Below, piece after piece: positions 9,515-19,650 of a DNA stretch of 64,000 nucleotides. The notes under the pieces were generated by a model, which was not told where the DNA came from, did no database searches, and saw nothing but the letters and a program-made list of their open reading frames with translations. Position 1 is the first letter of the stretch, and every line of letters begins with the position of its first letter. The position numbers and the translations under genes are program-made. Origin of the DNA: an uncultured Gemmatimonadales bacterium. Its GTDB lineage: Bacteria > Gemmatimonadota > Gemmatimonadetes > Gemmatimonadales > GWC2-71-9. The DNA is taken from contig CAVSQW010000012.1 in the NCBI GenBank assembly GCA_963730185.1, positions 1 through 64,000 of the forward strand. The letters are read 5' to 3'.

Positions 9515-11325
9515 TGGCCGAGTACCAGTCCTACGACCACGACGTGCTGATCATCGGCGCCGGGGGCGCCGGCCTCCGTGCCGCCATCGAGGCGGCCGCC
9601 GCCGGCGTCTCGGTCGGCTTGGTCTGCAAGTCGCTGCTCGGCAAGGCCCACACCGTCATGGCCGAAGGCGGGGCCGCGGCCGCGCTCGCCAACGTGGACG
9701 AACGGGACAACTGGGAGGTCCACTTCTCCGACACGATGCGCGGCGGCCAGTACGTCAACAACTGGCGGATGGCGGAGCTCCACGCCAAGGAGGCGCCCGA
9801 CCGGGTCCGGGAGCTCGAGGCCTGGGGCGCGATGTTCGACCGCACCAAGGACGGGAAGATCCTCCAGCGGAATTTCGGCGGCCATCGCTATCCCCGCCTG
9901 GCGCACATCGGCGACCGGACCGGCCTCGAGCTGATCCGCACCCTTCAGGACCACGGCATCCACCAGGGCATCGACGTGCACATGGAGGTGACCATCGTCA
10001 CCTTGTTCAAGCGCGGCGACCGGGTGGTCGGCGCCCTGGGCTACGACCGGCCCACCGGCAAGTTCCATCTGTTCCGCGCCAAGGCCATCGTGCTCTCGAC
10101 CGGCGGCATCGGCCGGACGTTCCGGGTCACGAGCAACAGCTGGGAATACACCGGCGACGGTCAGGCCCTCGCCTACCGGGCCGGCGCGTCGCTCCAGGAC
10201 ATGGAGTTCATCCAGTTCCATCCGACCGGGATGGTCTGGCCGCCAAGCGTCAAAGGCATCCTGGTGACCGAGGGGGTCCGCGGTGAAGGCGGGATCCTGC
10301 TCAACAACCAGGGCGAGCGGTTCATGTTCAAGGACGTGCCCGACCTGTACCGAGCCCAGACCGCCGACAACCCCGAGGAGGGCTGGCGCTACACCCAGGG
10401 CGACAAGGCCGCCCGCCGACCCCCGGAGCTCCTGACCCGCGACCACGTCGCCCGTTGCATCGTCCGCGAGGTCCGCGAGGGGCGCGGCAGCCCCCACGGC
10501 GGCGTGTTCCTCGACATCGCCTGGATCAAGGACAAGCTGTCCAAGTCGGAGGAGCACATCAAGAAGAAGCTCCCCAGCATGTACCACCAATTCAAGCAGC
10601 TGGCCAACATCGACATCACCAGGCAGCCGATGGAAGTCGGACCGACCACCCACTACATCATGGGTGGCATCCGGGTGGACGGCGATTCGCAGATGTCCAC
10701 CGTCCCCGGTCTCTTCGCCGCCGGTGAGTCCGCAGCCGGTCTCCATGGCGCCAACCGGCTGGGCGGCAACTCGCTGTCCGACTTGCTGGTCTTCGGCAAG
10801 CGGGCCGGCGAGTACGCCGCGATGTTCGCGAAGGCGCACGAGGCCCAGCCGCCCGACACCGGCGAGGTGGCCGAGGCGATCGAGCAGGCCTTGGTGCCCC
10901 TCGGGCGGAAAGACGGCGAGAATCCGTACGCGATCCAGCACGACCTCCAGGGCATGATGCAGGACCTGGTCGGGATCGTCCGCCGGGACGAAGAGATGCA
11001 GCGGGCGGCGGAGCAGCTGGGCCAGCTCCGCGTCCGGGCCCTCCACACGGCGGTGGGCGGCGGCCGGACCTACAATCCGGGGTGGCACACCGCGCTCGAT
11101 CTCCAGAACTCGCTCACCGTGGCCGAGGCCGTGATCACCTCGGCCCTGGCCCGGCAGGAGAGCCGAGGCGGGCACTTCCGCGACGACTACCCCGAAAAGG
11201 ACCCGGCCGCGGCCAAGTACAACCAGGTCGTGACCAGGCAGCCCGACGGCGCCATGACGCTCCGCCGGGAACCGATCCCCCCGATGCCGCCCGAGCTCCA
11301 GCGCGTCATCGAAGCGATGAAATAG
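9514..11325 (+). CDS. sdhA: Succinate dehydrogenase/fumarate reductase flavoprotein subunit
   Basis: GAGGAG, KAHTVMAEGG (covalent FAD His), QFHPTG, TEGVRGEGG, HGANRLGGNSL and ESRGGHFRDD. Confidence 0.95.
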   Translation: MAEYQSYDHDVLIIGAGGAGLRAAIEAAAAGVSVGLVCKSLLGKAHTVMAEGGAAAALANVDERDNWEVHFSDTMRGGQYVNNWRMAELHAKEAPDRVRELEAWGAMFDRTKDGKILQRNFGGHRYPRLAHIGDRTGLELIRTLQDHGIHQGIDVHMEVTIVTLFKRGDRVVGALGYDRPTGKFHLFRAKAIVLSTGGIGRTFRVTSNSWEYTGDGQALAYRAGASLQDMEFIQFHPTGMVWPPSVKGILVTEGVRGEGGILLNNQGERFMFKDVPDLYRAQTADNPEEGWRYTQGDKAARRPPELLTRDHVARCIVREVREGRGSPHGGVFLDIAWIKDKLSKSEEHIKKKLPSMYHQFKQLANIDITRQPMEVGPTTHYIMGGIRVDGDSQMSTVPGLFAAGESAAGLHGANRLGGNSLSDLLVFGKRAGEYAAMFAKAHEAQPPDTGEVAEAIEQALVPLGRKDGENPYAIQHDLQGMMQDLVGIVRRDEEMQRAAEQLGQLRVRALHTAVGGGRTYNPGWHTALDLQNSLTVAEAVITSALARQESRGGHFRDDYPEKDPAAAKYNQVVTRQPDGAMTLRREPIPPMPPELQRVIEAMK

Positions 11326-11338
11326 TCGAGGCGACCCG

Positions 11339-12094
11339 ATGGCACAGGCCATGTTTTCCATCTGGCGCGGCGACGCCGGCCAGGGCTCCTTCACCGACTA
11401 CTCGACCGAGGTCTCCGAGGGCATGGTGGTCCTCGACGCCGTCCATCAGATCCAGGCGGACTCGGCGCCCGACCTCGCCGTCCGCTGGAACTGCAAGGCC
11501 GGGAAGTGCGGCTCCTGCTCGGCCGAAGTCAACGGTCAGCCCAAGCTGATGTGCATGACCCGGCTGGACGCCCTCGACCTCTCGGAGCCGGTCACGATCG
11601 AGCCGATGCGCACCTTCCCCCACGTCCGAGACCTGGTCACCGACGTGAGCTGGAACTTCGACGTCAAGAAGAGCATCAAGCGGTTCAAGCCCCGACCCCC
11701 CGACGCGCCCGACGGAACCTGGCGGATGCAGACCGAAGACGTGGAGCGGGTCCAGGAGTTTCGGAAATGCATCGAGTGCTTTCTCTGTCAGGACGTGTGC
11801 CACGTGCTCCGGGACCACCACCTCCACGACGAGTTCATCGGACCCCGGTTCCTGACCTACGCCGCGGCGCTCGAAATGCACCCGCTCGATACCGAGGACC
11901 GGCTCGAGGAGCTCCGCCGCCTCCACGGCATCGGCTACTGCAACATCACCAAGTGCTGCACCACGGTGTGCCCCGAGGAGATCAAGATCACCGACAACGC
12001 CATCATCCCCATGAAGGAACGGGTGATGGACGATGCGTTCGACCCGGTCGTGAAGCTCTTCGGCCTCATCACCGGCAAGATCGCCGGGCCCTGA
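11339..12094 (+). CDS. sdhB: Succinate dehydrogenase/fumarate reductase iron-sulfur subunit
   Basis: CKAGKCGSC..C, CIECFLCQDVC and CNITKCCTTVCP cluster motifs. Confidence 0.95.
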   Translation: MAQAMFSIWRGDAGQGSFTDYSTEVSEGMVVLDAVHQIQADSAPDLAVRWNCKAGKCGSCSAEVNGQPKLMCMTRLDALDLSEPVTIEPMRTFPHVRDLVTDVSWNFDVKKSIKRFKPRPPDAPDGTWRMQTEDVERVQEFRKCIECFLCQDVCHVLRDHHLHDEFIGPRFLTYAAALEMHPLDTEDRLEELRRLHGIGYCNITKCCTTVCPEEIKITDNAIIPMKERVMDDAFDPVVKLFGLITGKIAGP

Positions 12095-12123
12095 CGGACC
12101 CGCGCCCGAACGGAGGTACTTCG

Positions 12124-12624
12124 ATGTTCAAGCTGAAGCCGATCAGCGCGGACGGTATCCCCGGCGCGCTGGCCAAGGCGGAGCGCTATCGCCTGCTGAA
12201 CGAGCCCGACGCGGCGGAAAGCATCTGTCTGGACATTCTGGAGATCGAGCCGGACAACCAGAAGGCGCTGGTCGCGTTGGTCCTCTCGCGAGCCGACCAG
12301 ATCGCCCGGAACGTCGGCGCCACCAACCGGGCCCGCGACGTGCTGCCGCGAATCACCAGCGACTACGAGCGGGCCTACTACGCCGGGCTCATCTGCGAGC
12401 GGCGAGGCCACGCCCAGCTTCACGCCAAGAGCATGGGCGCCTCATACCTCGCCTGGGACTGGTTCCACGAGGCCATGGAGTGCTACCAGGAGGCGGAGCG
12501 GCTCCGCCCCGCGGTCAACGACGACGCCATCCTCCGCTGGAACAGCTGCGCCCGGGTTCTGAACGCCCACCCCGAGCTCAAGCCCCGCCCCGAGGAGCCC
12601 CGCACCCACGTGCTGGGCGAGTGA
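12124..12624 (+). CDS. Hypothetical helical (TPR-like) protein, fourth gene of the sdh operon
   Basis: SD GGAGGT then MFKLKPIS...KAERYRLLNEPDAAESICLDILEIEPDNQKAL...DDAILRWNSCAR; coding-like codon usage. Confidence 0.8.
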   Translation: MFKLKPISADGIPGALAKAERYRLLNEPDAAESICLDILEIEPDNQKALVALVLSRADQIARNVGATNRARDVLPRITSDYERAYYAGLICERRGHAQLHAKSMGASYLAWDWFHEAMECYQEAERLRPAVNDDAILRWNSCARVLNAHPELKPRPEEPRTHVLGE

Positions 12625-12628
12625 CCGC

Positions 12629-14686
12629 TCAGGAGCCCGCCTTCCCGGCGGGCTCCTCCAACGGCATCTCGACCTGCTCGCCCCAGAGGTACTTCGAGAA
12701 CCAGATCCAGTTGTGCCAGGTGGCCGCCAGCTGCTCCTTCGGCTTGGTGATGCCGTGCCCGAACCCCTTGTAGATGATCAACTCGGTCGGCACCCCCTGA
12801 TCGAGCAGCCCCTGATAAAGCTCGAGCCCGTTCTGGGTCGGCACCCGGTGGTCGAACTCGCCGTGTTGGATCAGGGTTGGGGTCCGGGCCTTGGTGATCG
12901 TGGTCATCGGAGACGTCTTGTCGTAAATCGCCCGGTCCTGCCAGGGCGTCGCCTTGAGATACTGCCGGGTGAAGGGCGTGATGTCCGTCGCGACGTAATA
13001 GGTGATCCAGTTGGAGATCCCCGCCCCCACCGAGATCGCCTTGAACCGTGACGTGTTGGTGGTCAGGAAGGCCGAGATGTACCCGCCCTGGCTCCAGCCC
13101 ATGGCGCCCATCCGGGTGGTGTCGACGAAGCCTTGCCGGACCAGGTTGTCCACGCCCGACATCACGTCCCAGTAATCGCCCACCCCGAGGTTCCGCACGT
13201 TGAGCGACCGGAACTTCTCGCCATAGCCCGCCGAGCCCCGGTAGTTGGGCCGGAGCACCAGCGCGCCCTTGGCGACGAATTCCGGAATGGGATAGACGTA
13301 GAACGGCACCGGGCCCGGCGTGTCGATACCCGTCGGCCCCCCGTGAATCACCACCAGCAAGGGATACCTCTTGGCCGGGTCGAAGTCGGCCGGCTTCTGG
13401 AGCACCCCTTCGATCACCGTCCCGTCGCGGCTCTTCCAGCTCACCACCGTGCTGGTCCCGACGTTCCAGCCCGCGATCTGGCCGGTCATGTCGGTGATCC
13501 GCTCGGGCGCCCCGCCGCCCGAGATCCGGTAGAGCTCCGTCAGCGCGCTCGAGTCGGCCTGGGCGGCGACCACCACCGTCCCGCCGTCAGCCGTCACGTC
13601 GTACCCGTAGACGCGAGCGAGCCCCGGCGTCGCGATCGGCGTCACGCTCCCTGTCGCGGGATCGATCCGGAACAGATCGCGCCCGGTCTTCTGCCAGGCG
13701 ACGAACCGGATCCCGTCGGCGCTCCACGAGAGGCCACCGATGTTCTCGTCGAAGTCGGCCGCCAGGCGAACCGGAGCGCCGCCGGCCGCCGGCACCTTCG
13801 CGATCTGATTGTTCCGGTAGAAGTTCGAGGTCGTGTCGCCCGCGTCCGTCCCGAACAGGACCCACTGCCCGTCCGGCGACCAGAGCGGGTTGCCGTCGGA
13901 GCCGGTCCGCTCGACCAGTGGACTGATCGCCCGGCTCGCCACCGAGACCACCATCACGTCGGCGCTCGGCCCCGAGGTGATCATCGGGTCGTGCCGCCGC
14001 TCGAACGCGATCCGGCTCCCGTCCGGCGACCAGGCGAAGTTGCTCACCGTGAAGGCGCCGCCCTCCGTGAGCCGGGCCGGCTTGGGTGCCGTGGTCGTGT
14101 CCGGGCTCCACCGGGTCGGATCGACCTCCATGACCCAGAGATGGCTCTGCCGGTACTCGTGGTCCTCCACCGCGTAGTCGCCGTAGAGCTTCTCCCGGGT
14201 CTTGTCGGCGCCGGTCTCCTGGTCCTGGATCAAAAGCGCCACCCGGCGCGAGTCAGGCGCCCAGGCAAAGTCGCTCACCCCACCTATCCGCCAGGTCAGC
14301 TTGAGCGCCTCACCCCCGTCGGGCGAGATCACGTAGAGCTGGCGGCCGTCCCCGCGGTCGGCCAGGAAGCCGATCCACCGCCCGTCCGGCGACCAGGCCG
14401 GTGACGAGCTGCCGCCCTTGGGCGTCCGGGTGAGCTGGATCGCCCCCCGGCCCTCACGCCAGAGCCAGACTTCGGAATCGTACCGGTTGTCGGCCCAGTT
14501 GGCGGAACGCACCGTGTAGGCCACGCTCCGGCCGTCCGGCGCGATCGCCGGGGAACCGACGCTTCGGAGCTCGAGTACCTGCCGGAACGACGGCCCCGGC
14601 ACCTGCTGAGCGCCGAGACCCGACGCCGCGATCAGCGTCAGGCCACCCGCTACGGACCACCACCGCATGTTGCGCCTCCTTCTCAT
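12629..14686 (-). CDS. S9 family peptidase with PD40/TolB-like propeller repeats
   Basis: Signal peptide; WSPDG repeats; HGGP, NYRGSAGYG, GWSQGG, HGEFDHRV and GHG. Confidence 0.92.
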   Translation of the reverse strand: MRRRRNMRWWSVAGGLTLIAASGLGAQQVPGPSFRQVLELRSVGSPAIAPDGRSVAYTVRSANWADNRYDSEVWLWREGRGAIQLTRTPKGGSSSPAWSPDGRWIGFLADRGDGRQLYVISPDGGEALKLTWRIGGVSDFAWAPDSRRVALLIQDQETGADKTREKLYGDYAVEDHEYRQSHLWVMEVDPTRWSPDTTTAPKPARLTEGGAFTVSNFAWSPDGSRIAFERRHDPMITSGPSADVMVVSVASRAISPLVERTGSDGNPLWSPDGQWVLFGTDAGDTTSNFYRNNQIAKVPAAGGAPVRLAADFDENIGGLSWSADGIRFVAWQKTGRDLFRIDPATGSVTPIATPGLARVYGYDVTADGGTVVVAAQADSSALTELYRISGGGAPERITDMTGQIAGWNVGTSTVVSWKSRDGTVIEGVLQKPADFDPAKRYPLLVVIHGGPTGIDTPGPVPFYVYPIPEFVAKGALVLRPNYRGSAGYGEKFRSLNVRNLGVGDYWDVMSGVDNLVRQGFVDTTRMGAMGWSQGGYISAFLTTNTSRFKAISVGAGISNWITYYVATDITPFTRQYLKATPWQDRAIYDKTSPMTTITKARTPTLIQHGEFDHRVPTQNGLELYQGLLDQGVPTELIIYKGFGHGITKPKEQLAATWHNWIWFSKYLWGEQVEMPLEEPAGKAGS

Positions 14687-16131
14687 GACTTCCTCGCCAG
14701 CCGGGTGCCGCCAAGTCGAAGGGCGCTCACCCGGCCGGCCCCGTCGCGCTCGAGCTCCAGATCGAGTCCGATCAGCAACGTCGCCTTGGTCGGCGCCGTG
14801 AAGATTACTTCCGCCTTTGGGACATACGGCGTCACCTCGAGGTACACCCGACCGCTATCCGCCGTCACGTGCGCGACCGCGGCCGGCTGCCCGCCCGCGT
14901 AGTCGCCTACCACCGCCGCGATCCCGGCGCTGTCCATCGCCATTGGCTCCAGCACCCGTGGGCCGTAGTCCGGCCACCCGTACTCGGCTCCGATCGCGTA
15001 GAGCACTTCCTGAGCGACGTTGCTCCCGGCGTCGCCGTTCGTCATGATCGCGGCGCCCTGACCGGTCTCCGGGAAGTAGATCACCTGGCACCGGAAGCCC
15101 TCGTTGGCGCCGCCGTGCCCGAAGTTGAAGCCCCGGCCCGAGCCTTCCAGGAACGGACCCAACCCGGTCGGCGCCTTCTGCACCGTGAGCATCTCGGTCG
15201 CGATCGGCTTCGAGAGGATCCCGCCGGGCGCGCCGTCCTTCGCCGCCGTGATCGCGAACGACCACTTCAGCAGATCGGTCGGCGTCGTCCAGAGCCCCGC
15301 CGCAGCCATCTCCGGGTAGACGTGCCAATGGCCTTCGATCATGGTCCCGTCGGGCCGATAGCCCGTCGCCGCCTCGCTCCGGCGGTCCTCCGGGAGCGGC
15401 TGCTGATAGGTGCTGCTCGTCATTCCGGCCGGATCGAGCACCAGCCGTTTCATCAGGGCCGGGAACGGCTCGCCGGTCACGTCGGTCATCACCAGCTGCT
15501 CGATCGTGACCCCGCCGCCCGAGTAGCGCCAGATCGCGCCGGGAAAGGTGTCGACCCGGACCGCCGCCGTGTTCGCCGGCTTCACGCCGTCGAGGATCTG
15601 CGGCACGGTCGGGATCGAGTCGGTCACGGCGTAGCCGGGGAATCCGTGGACCGTGAGCCCCGCGTTGTGGGAGACGATCCGCCGGAGGGTGACGGTATCC
15701 TTCGCGGTGAAGCGGTTGCCGGGCAGCTTCCACGAGCGGAGATAGGTGTTGACGTCGGTGTCGAGAGCGAGCTTGCCCTCCTGCACCAGCCGCAACATGC
15801 CCGTGGCCGCCACCGGCTTGCTGATCGACGCGGCCTGGAAGAGCGTGCCGGGTGTCACCGAGTCGCTGGTGCCCGCCTCCTTGAGACCAAAGCCTCGAGC
15901 CCAGACGATCCGCCCGCTGTCCGCGACCGCGATGCTGACCCCGGGCACGTTGAACTTCGCCATCCGCTCGGCCAGCCGATACCGCACGGCCGGGCGGCCC
16001 TCGACCGTCACCGCCGGCTCGAGCCCCGCGACCACGCGATCGATCCGGGCCGCGGACGGATCACCGCCCCCGCTCGGCCCCGCGCACGCGGCCGTTACCA
16101 GCAACCCGGTCCAGACGAAGCGACGGATCAT
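14683..16131 (-). CDS. Serine hydrolase, beta-lactamase/AmpC family (lipoprotein)
   Basis: Lipobox TAAC; FQAASISK (SxxK), RYSGGG and FGHGG; SD GGAGA. Confidence 0.9.
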   Translation of the reverse strand: MIRRFVWTGLLVTAACAGPSGGGDPSAARIDRVVAGLEPAVTVEGRPAVRYRLAERMAKFNVPGVSIAVADSGRIVWARGFGLKEAGTSDSVTPGTLFQAASISKPVAATGMLRLVQEGKLALDTDVNTYLRSWKLPGNRFTAKDTVTLRRIVSHNAGLTVHGFPGYAVTDSIPTVPQILDGVKPANTAAVRVDTFPGAIWRYSGGGVTIEQLVMTDVTGEPFPALMKRLVLDPAGMTSSTYQQPLPEDRRSEAATGYRPDGTMIEGHWHVYPEMAAAGLWTTPTDLLKWSFAITAAKDGAPGGILSKPIATEMLTVQKAPTGLGPFLEGSGRGFNFGHGGANEGFRCQVIYFPETGQGAAIMTNGDAGSNVAQEVLYAIGAEYGWPDYGPRVLEPMAMDSAGIAAVVGDYAGGQPAAVAHVTADSGRVYLEVTPYVPKAEVIFTAPTKATLLIGLDLELERDGAGRVSALRLGGTRLARKS

Positions 16132-16201
16132 CGAGTTCTCCCGAAGTTGAGTGCGTCGAGAAGCTATCGCGAGGGTCTCGCACTCGCCAGCAAACTCCGC
16201 C

Positions 16202-18910
16202 CTAGCGACGCCGTTTCCGCGGTCGGGGCGCGCGGGAGCCGCGCTTCCGATGGGGATGCATCTTGCCGCCCGCCCGCCGGAGCAACGCGCGGAGCGCATC
16301 CAGCGAGTCCGCTTCCAGCGGCGCCTCGCCCCCCCGGACGACGGCGAACCGCACCGGGCGATCGAAGCCGGGGAGGTCGTTCTCCGTGAGCCGGCGGGCC
16401 TGGCCCTCCCGAAGCCGGAGCCGGACGATCCCTCGGCCCCGCTCTACGTCGTACTCGAGGGCCGTCGTGTCGCCGAAGATCCGGACCGTGCCGGGGAGCG
16501 CGTCCAAGACCGCGCGCGTCGCCGGATCGACCCGGCCGTCCTCCGCGAGGGAGAGGTGGGTCTCCTGAAATCCCTTCCAGCTCTCCACCGACGCCACCTG
16601 CGCCAGCAAGTCCGCCTGGATCCGTTCGTCGCTGCACGACGGGAGCGTCCCGCCCGATCGCCGCCAGTACTCCCGAATCGCATGCGCCGCCCGGCGGACC
16701 CGCCCCTGGTCGGGATGGGCGACCTCGCCGCTCAAGAGGGCCCGCACCAGCCCGGCCCGCGCGGCGTCCGCGAGATCGGCCGGAAACGAGCCCTTGATCG
16801 GCTGGCTCACCGAGTCGAGCTCGAAGCCGAAGTACTCGAGCGGATGGAAGACGGTGAGTGTCTGATGCTTCCGGGGGCCCGTCACTCGCACGAATGGCGC
16901 CCCTCGGCGCGCCTCGGCCCGGATCAGCTCGTAGGGGATGGTGGTTCCCTCAATCGACGCCCGGGCCTTCCCGAACCGATCCGCGAAGTACCGGATCGAG
17001 CCCGCTACCGCCCCCCACTGGCCGGCCAGCGATGTCTTGCCGACCCGGACCTCCTGCCCGTCGGCCGTCCCGCCATCGATCACCAGATCGAACGGCATCA
17101 CCCGGGCGAAGAGACTCGAGCACCCGCTCTCGGATCTCGCGTCCGGCGTACGGCAGCCCTCGCGGCAACCCGATTTCCAGGGCTCGGTAGACCGAGGCCA
17201 TGCCCATCGACAGGTCCTCGATCGCCTTGACCAGCACGCCGCGATCCCCGGCCCACTCCTCGATCTCTTCCCGAAAGACGTGACGGGGAAGACCATACAC
17301 CTCGCCCAGCCACCGTATGCGATTCACCGCCTCGGCGTAGAGGTTGTAGGCGGTCAGGTGGTCGCTTCCGTCCACCGCGACGCCGTGCAGGTCCGCTCCT
17401 CGCGAGTCATCCGATGGAGTGAGTCGATGTTCGCGCCGGACCACCGCGGGCACCAGCTCCAGATCGTCCGCTACCTGGACCAGCAGCTCGCCCCAGGGCC
17501 GCTCCACCGGCATCGCCTCGACCTCGCGCCCATACGGCGTGAGGCGGCCGTCCTTGATCAGTCCGCGGTCGACCAGCGTGGCCATGGCGCCGGCGATACG
17601 CCGTCTTGTCGAGCGGGACCGGGAGCTCGAGATCGGCGGCGTCCACGCCGATCGACGCGCAGGTGATGGCCACCCGCTCGGCGTCGCCCGCCAGCTGGAA
17701 CTCCGGCGGGCCTGGCACCAGTTCCTCGAAAGCCATGCGGCCGGTCGGACAGGATGTACACCTCCCCCTTGGCCACCCGCCCGTGGACCCGCCCCGCCAT
17801 CTGGAGAATTTCGTTGGCGCCGAGGTAGAGACGATGCAGCACATTCCGCCCGCGCTCCACCACGTTGCCGTAGCGGGCGTCGTAGATCACCACCGTATCG
17901 AGCCCGCGCACGTTGATGCGCGGACTGGCCGGCCGCGGTCATCGCCAGCAGGAACGGCTTCGGTGACGTCACCCTCGAGGAAGGGACGGATCACGCGGAT
18001 CGGCTCGCCACCGTGATAGAACGCGGCGTTGAGCTTCGGGTACCGGGCGCCAAGGTCGGCGGCCAGCTCGCTCGACCTCGCGCCCGCGTTGGGAATGAAC
18101 ACGGCCACGCCCCGTTTCTCCTGAATCAGCGTGTCGCATGAACCGCTCGTCGAAGAACTCGCGCGGGCTTGGCTTCGACGTCCGACCTTCGCGCGGCCAG
18201 CGGGGGGTCGAAGGCGCTCGGTCTCCAGGACGTTGGCGCTGCGAGGTAGTTGGCGTAGAAGCGAGGGATCGACCGTGGCCAGAGCCAGATGAACCGGCAG
18301 CCGGCCCGCTTGCCGAGGGCCAGACAGAGCTCCAGCTCGGCGGACGTCTGGTGGATCTCGTCGACGACGACGGTGTCGCGCGCGGTGATCAGGTCGTCCT
18401 GGAACCAGCGCCGGGCGATGCCGGTGGTGACGATGACCACGTTCCAGGAGGGGGTCTCCGGGGTGGCCTCGCGCTCCCGGTTGACCACCCCGTACCCGAA
18501 GCGACTCGCCGAGGATCGACTGGGCGATCAGCCGGCTGGAGAGCGTCTTGCCGGTCCCGGTGCCGGCCACCACCCCGAACCCCTTCCCCTCCGCCGCCCA
18601 GCGCGGTCAGCTCGTCGCCGTGCTCCCGGATCAGCAGCGTCTCGACGTCGTCACCCATCGCGAGCTCGATCGTCTCGCACGCCGCCCGGGTGGGCGCGAT
18701 GACGATCACCCGCCCGCGCGGATGCCGCGCGGCCCGGTAGGCGACCGGATCGACCGGTAGGTGGTGGTCCCGGCGGGGCTGCACGAGCCGCTAGCCGGCG
18801 CTGCCGGCGGGCGACGTCACGGCGCCACCTCGGCCAGCGTCTCGACCTCCACCGGATGTTTCCGCGGAGCCGACCGGCTGAGCCGGCGGGACGACGATCG
18901 AGGGAGGCAT
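16202..18910 (-). pseudogene. SF2 DExH-box helicase, multiply frameshifted (pseudogene or assembly indels)
   Basis: Motifs are split across frames: IAPTRAAC, AGTGTGKT, VVDEIH, AFYHGG, LAMTAAGQSA, GLDTVVIYD, QMAGRVHGR. The C-terminal piece ends at 16202; start is approximate. Confidence 0.75.
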
Positions 18911-19028
18911 CGCGACCTGGAATGGAAGGGTGGGAACGGACCGCGCCGACTCGAAGGTGCACCGCCCCTCCGCCGGGAAGCAAGTTAGCGCGCCCGGAGG
19001 TCACTGGTGGGCAACAGCCCGGATTCCC

Positions 19029-19370
19029 TCAGTTTTTCAGGAACTGGATCGACGCGATTCGGCGGGGCCGGGAGGGGCGGGGTTGGTCGAGAGAGTCCGC
19101 GGGAGCGGGTGACACGGTCACGGTAACGGTCGCGAGCCGAAGGTCCCGGCGCACGGTCTGGTCGGCCGCCACCGAGTCGGCCAGCGCCCGGGCCACGGTC
19201 AGCACCTGAGCGCCCGCCTCGGCCCGCGCGACCCGCGCCCGGACTTGCAGCGCGCCAGTCGCCTGGGCCTCGAGCCCGCCGACCCCGACCACCAGCGCCA
19301 GCGCGACGCCCCCGACCACGAGCCGGCACTCGATCCGTGGACGCCCGAGCCCAAGAGGCCTGACCATCAT
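19029..19370 (-). CDS. Small secreted hypothetical protein divergent from the pilus-like operon
   Basis: Hydrophobic signal (LVVGGVALALVVGVGGLEA|Q) followed by ATGALQVRARV. Confidence 0.55.
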   Translation of the reverse strand: MMVRPLGLGRPRIECRLVVGGVALALVVGVGGLEAQATGALQVRARVARAEAGAQVLTVARALADSVAADQTVRRDLRLATVTVTVSPAPADSLDQPRPSRPRRIASIQFLKN

Positions 19371-19460
19371 CCCTTGAACACCCCCTCGCGACGCAGCGAA
19401 CTCCCCATCCTGACAGCGGTTCCGGGGCATCGACCCGGAGATAACTGCCCACATATCGAA

Positions 19461-19487
19461 CAGTTGGCCAAAGCAACTAACCAACTG
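19461..19487. promoter_or_regulatory. Inverted repeat, candidate enhancer-binding-protein site
   Basis: CAGTTGG-N13-CCAACTG in an AT-richer spacer about 70-95 bp upstream of a sigma54 box. Confidence 0.4.
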
Positions 19488-19553
19488 CCAGAAAACATCT
19501 TGTGACTTCAACAACCGGAAGAATCATCCGGAATTGGACAATCCTTCCGGTCA

Positions 19554-19568
19554 TGGCATGCCGGTTGC
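19554..19568 (+). promoter_or_regulatory. Sigma54 (-24/-12) promoter of the pilus-like operon
   Basis: TGGCATGCCGGTTGC, exact GG-N10-GC spacing. Confidence 0.75.
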
Positions 19569-19650
19569 CTTACCCCCCACCGGTCGCACGGGAACCCGTG
19601 AGAAGGCCCGGGCGAAGGCAGATGACACCACCCACGAGAGGAGCAAGGCA

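Noticed and set aside
9463..11394. 643-aa minus-strand ORF
   Set aside because: Antisense shadow of sdhA with no motifs.
16202..18910. Programmed frameshifting or phase variation in the helicase
   Set aside because: Too many shifts, and no consistent slippery or homopolymer sites seen.
19569..19650. Possible c-di-GMP riboswitch in the pilus leader (hairpin CACGGG-AA-CCCGTG)
   Set aside because: Does not match the c-di-GMP-I or -II consensus by eye; an Rfam search would be needed.
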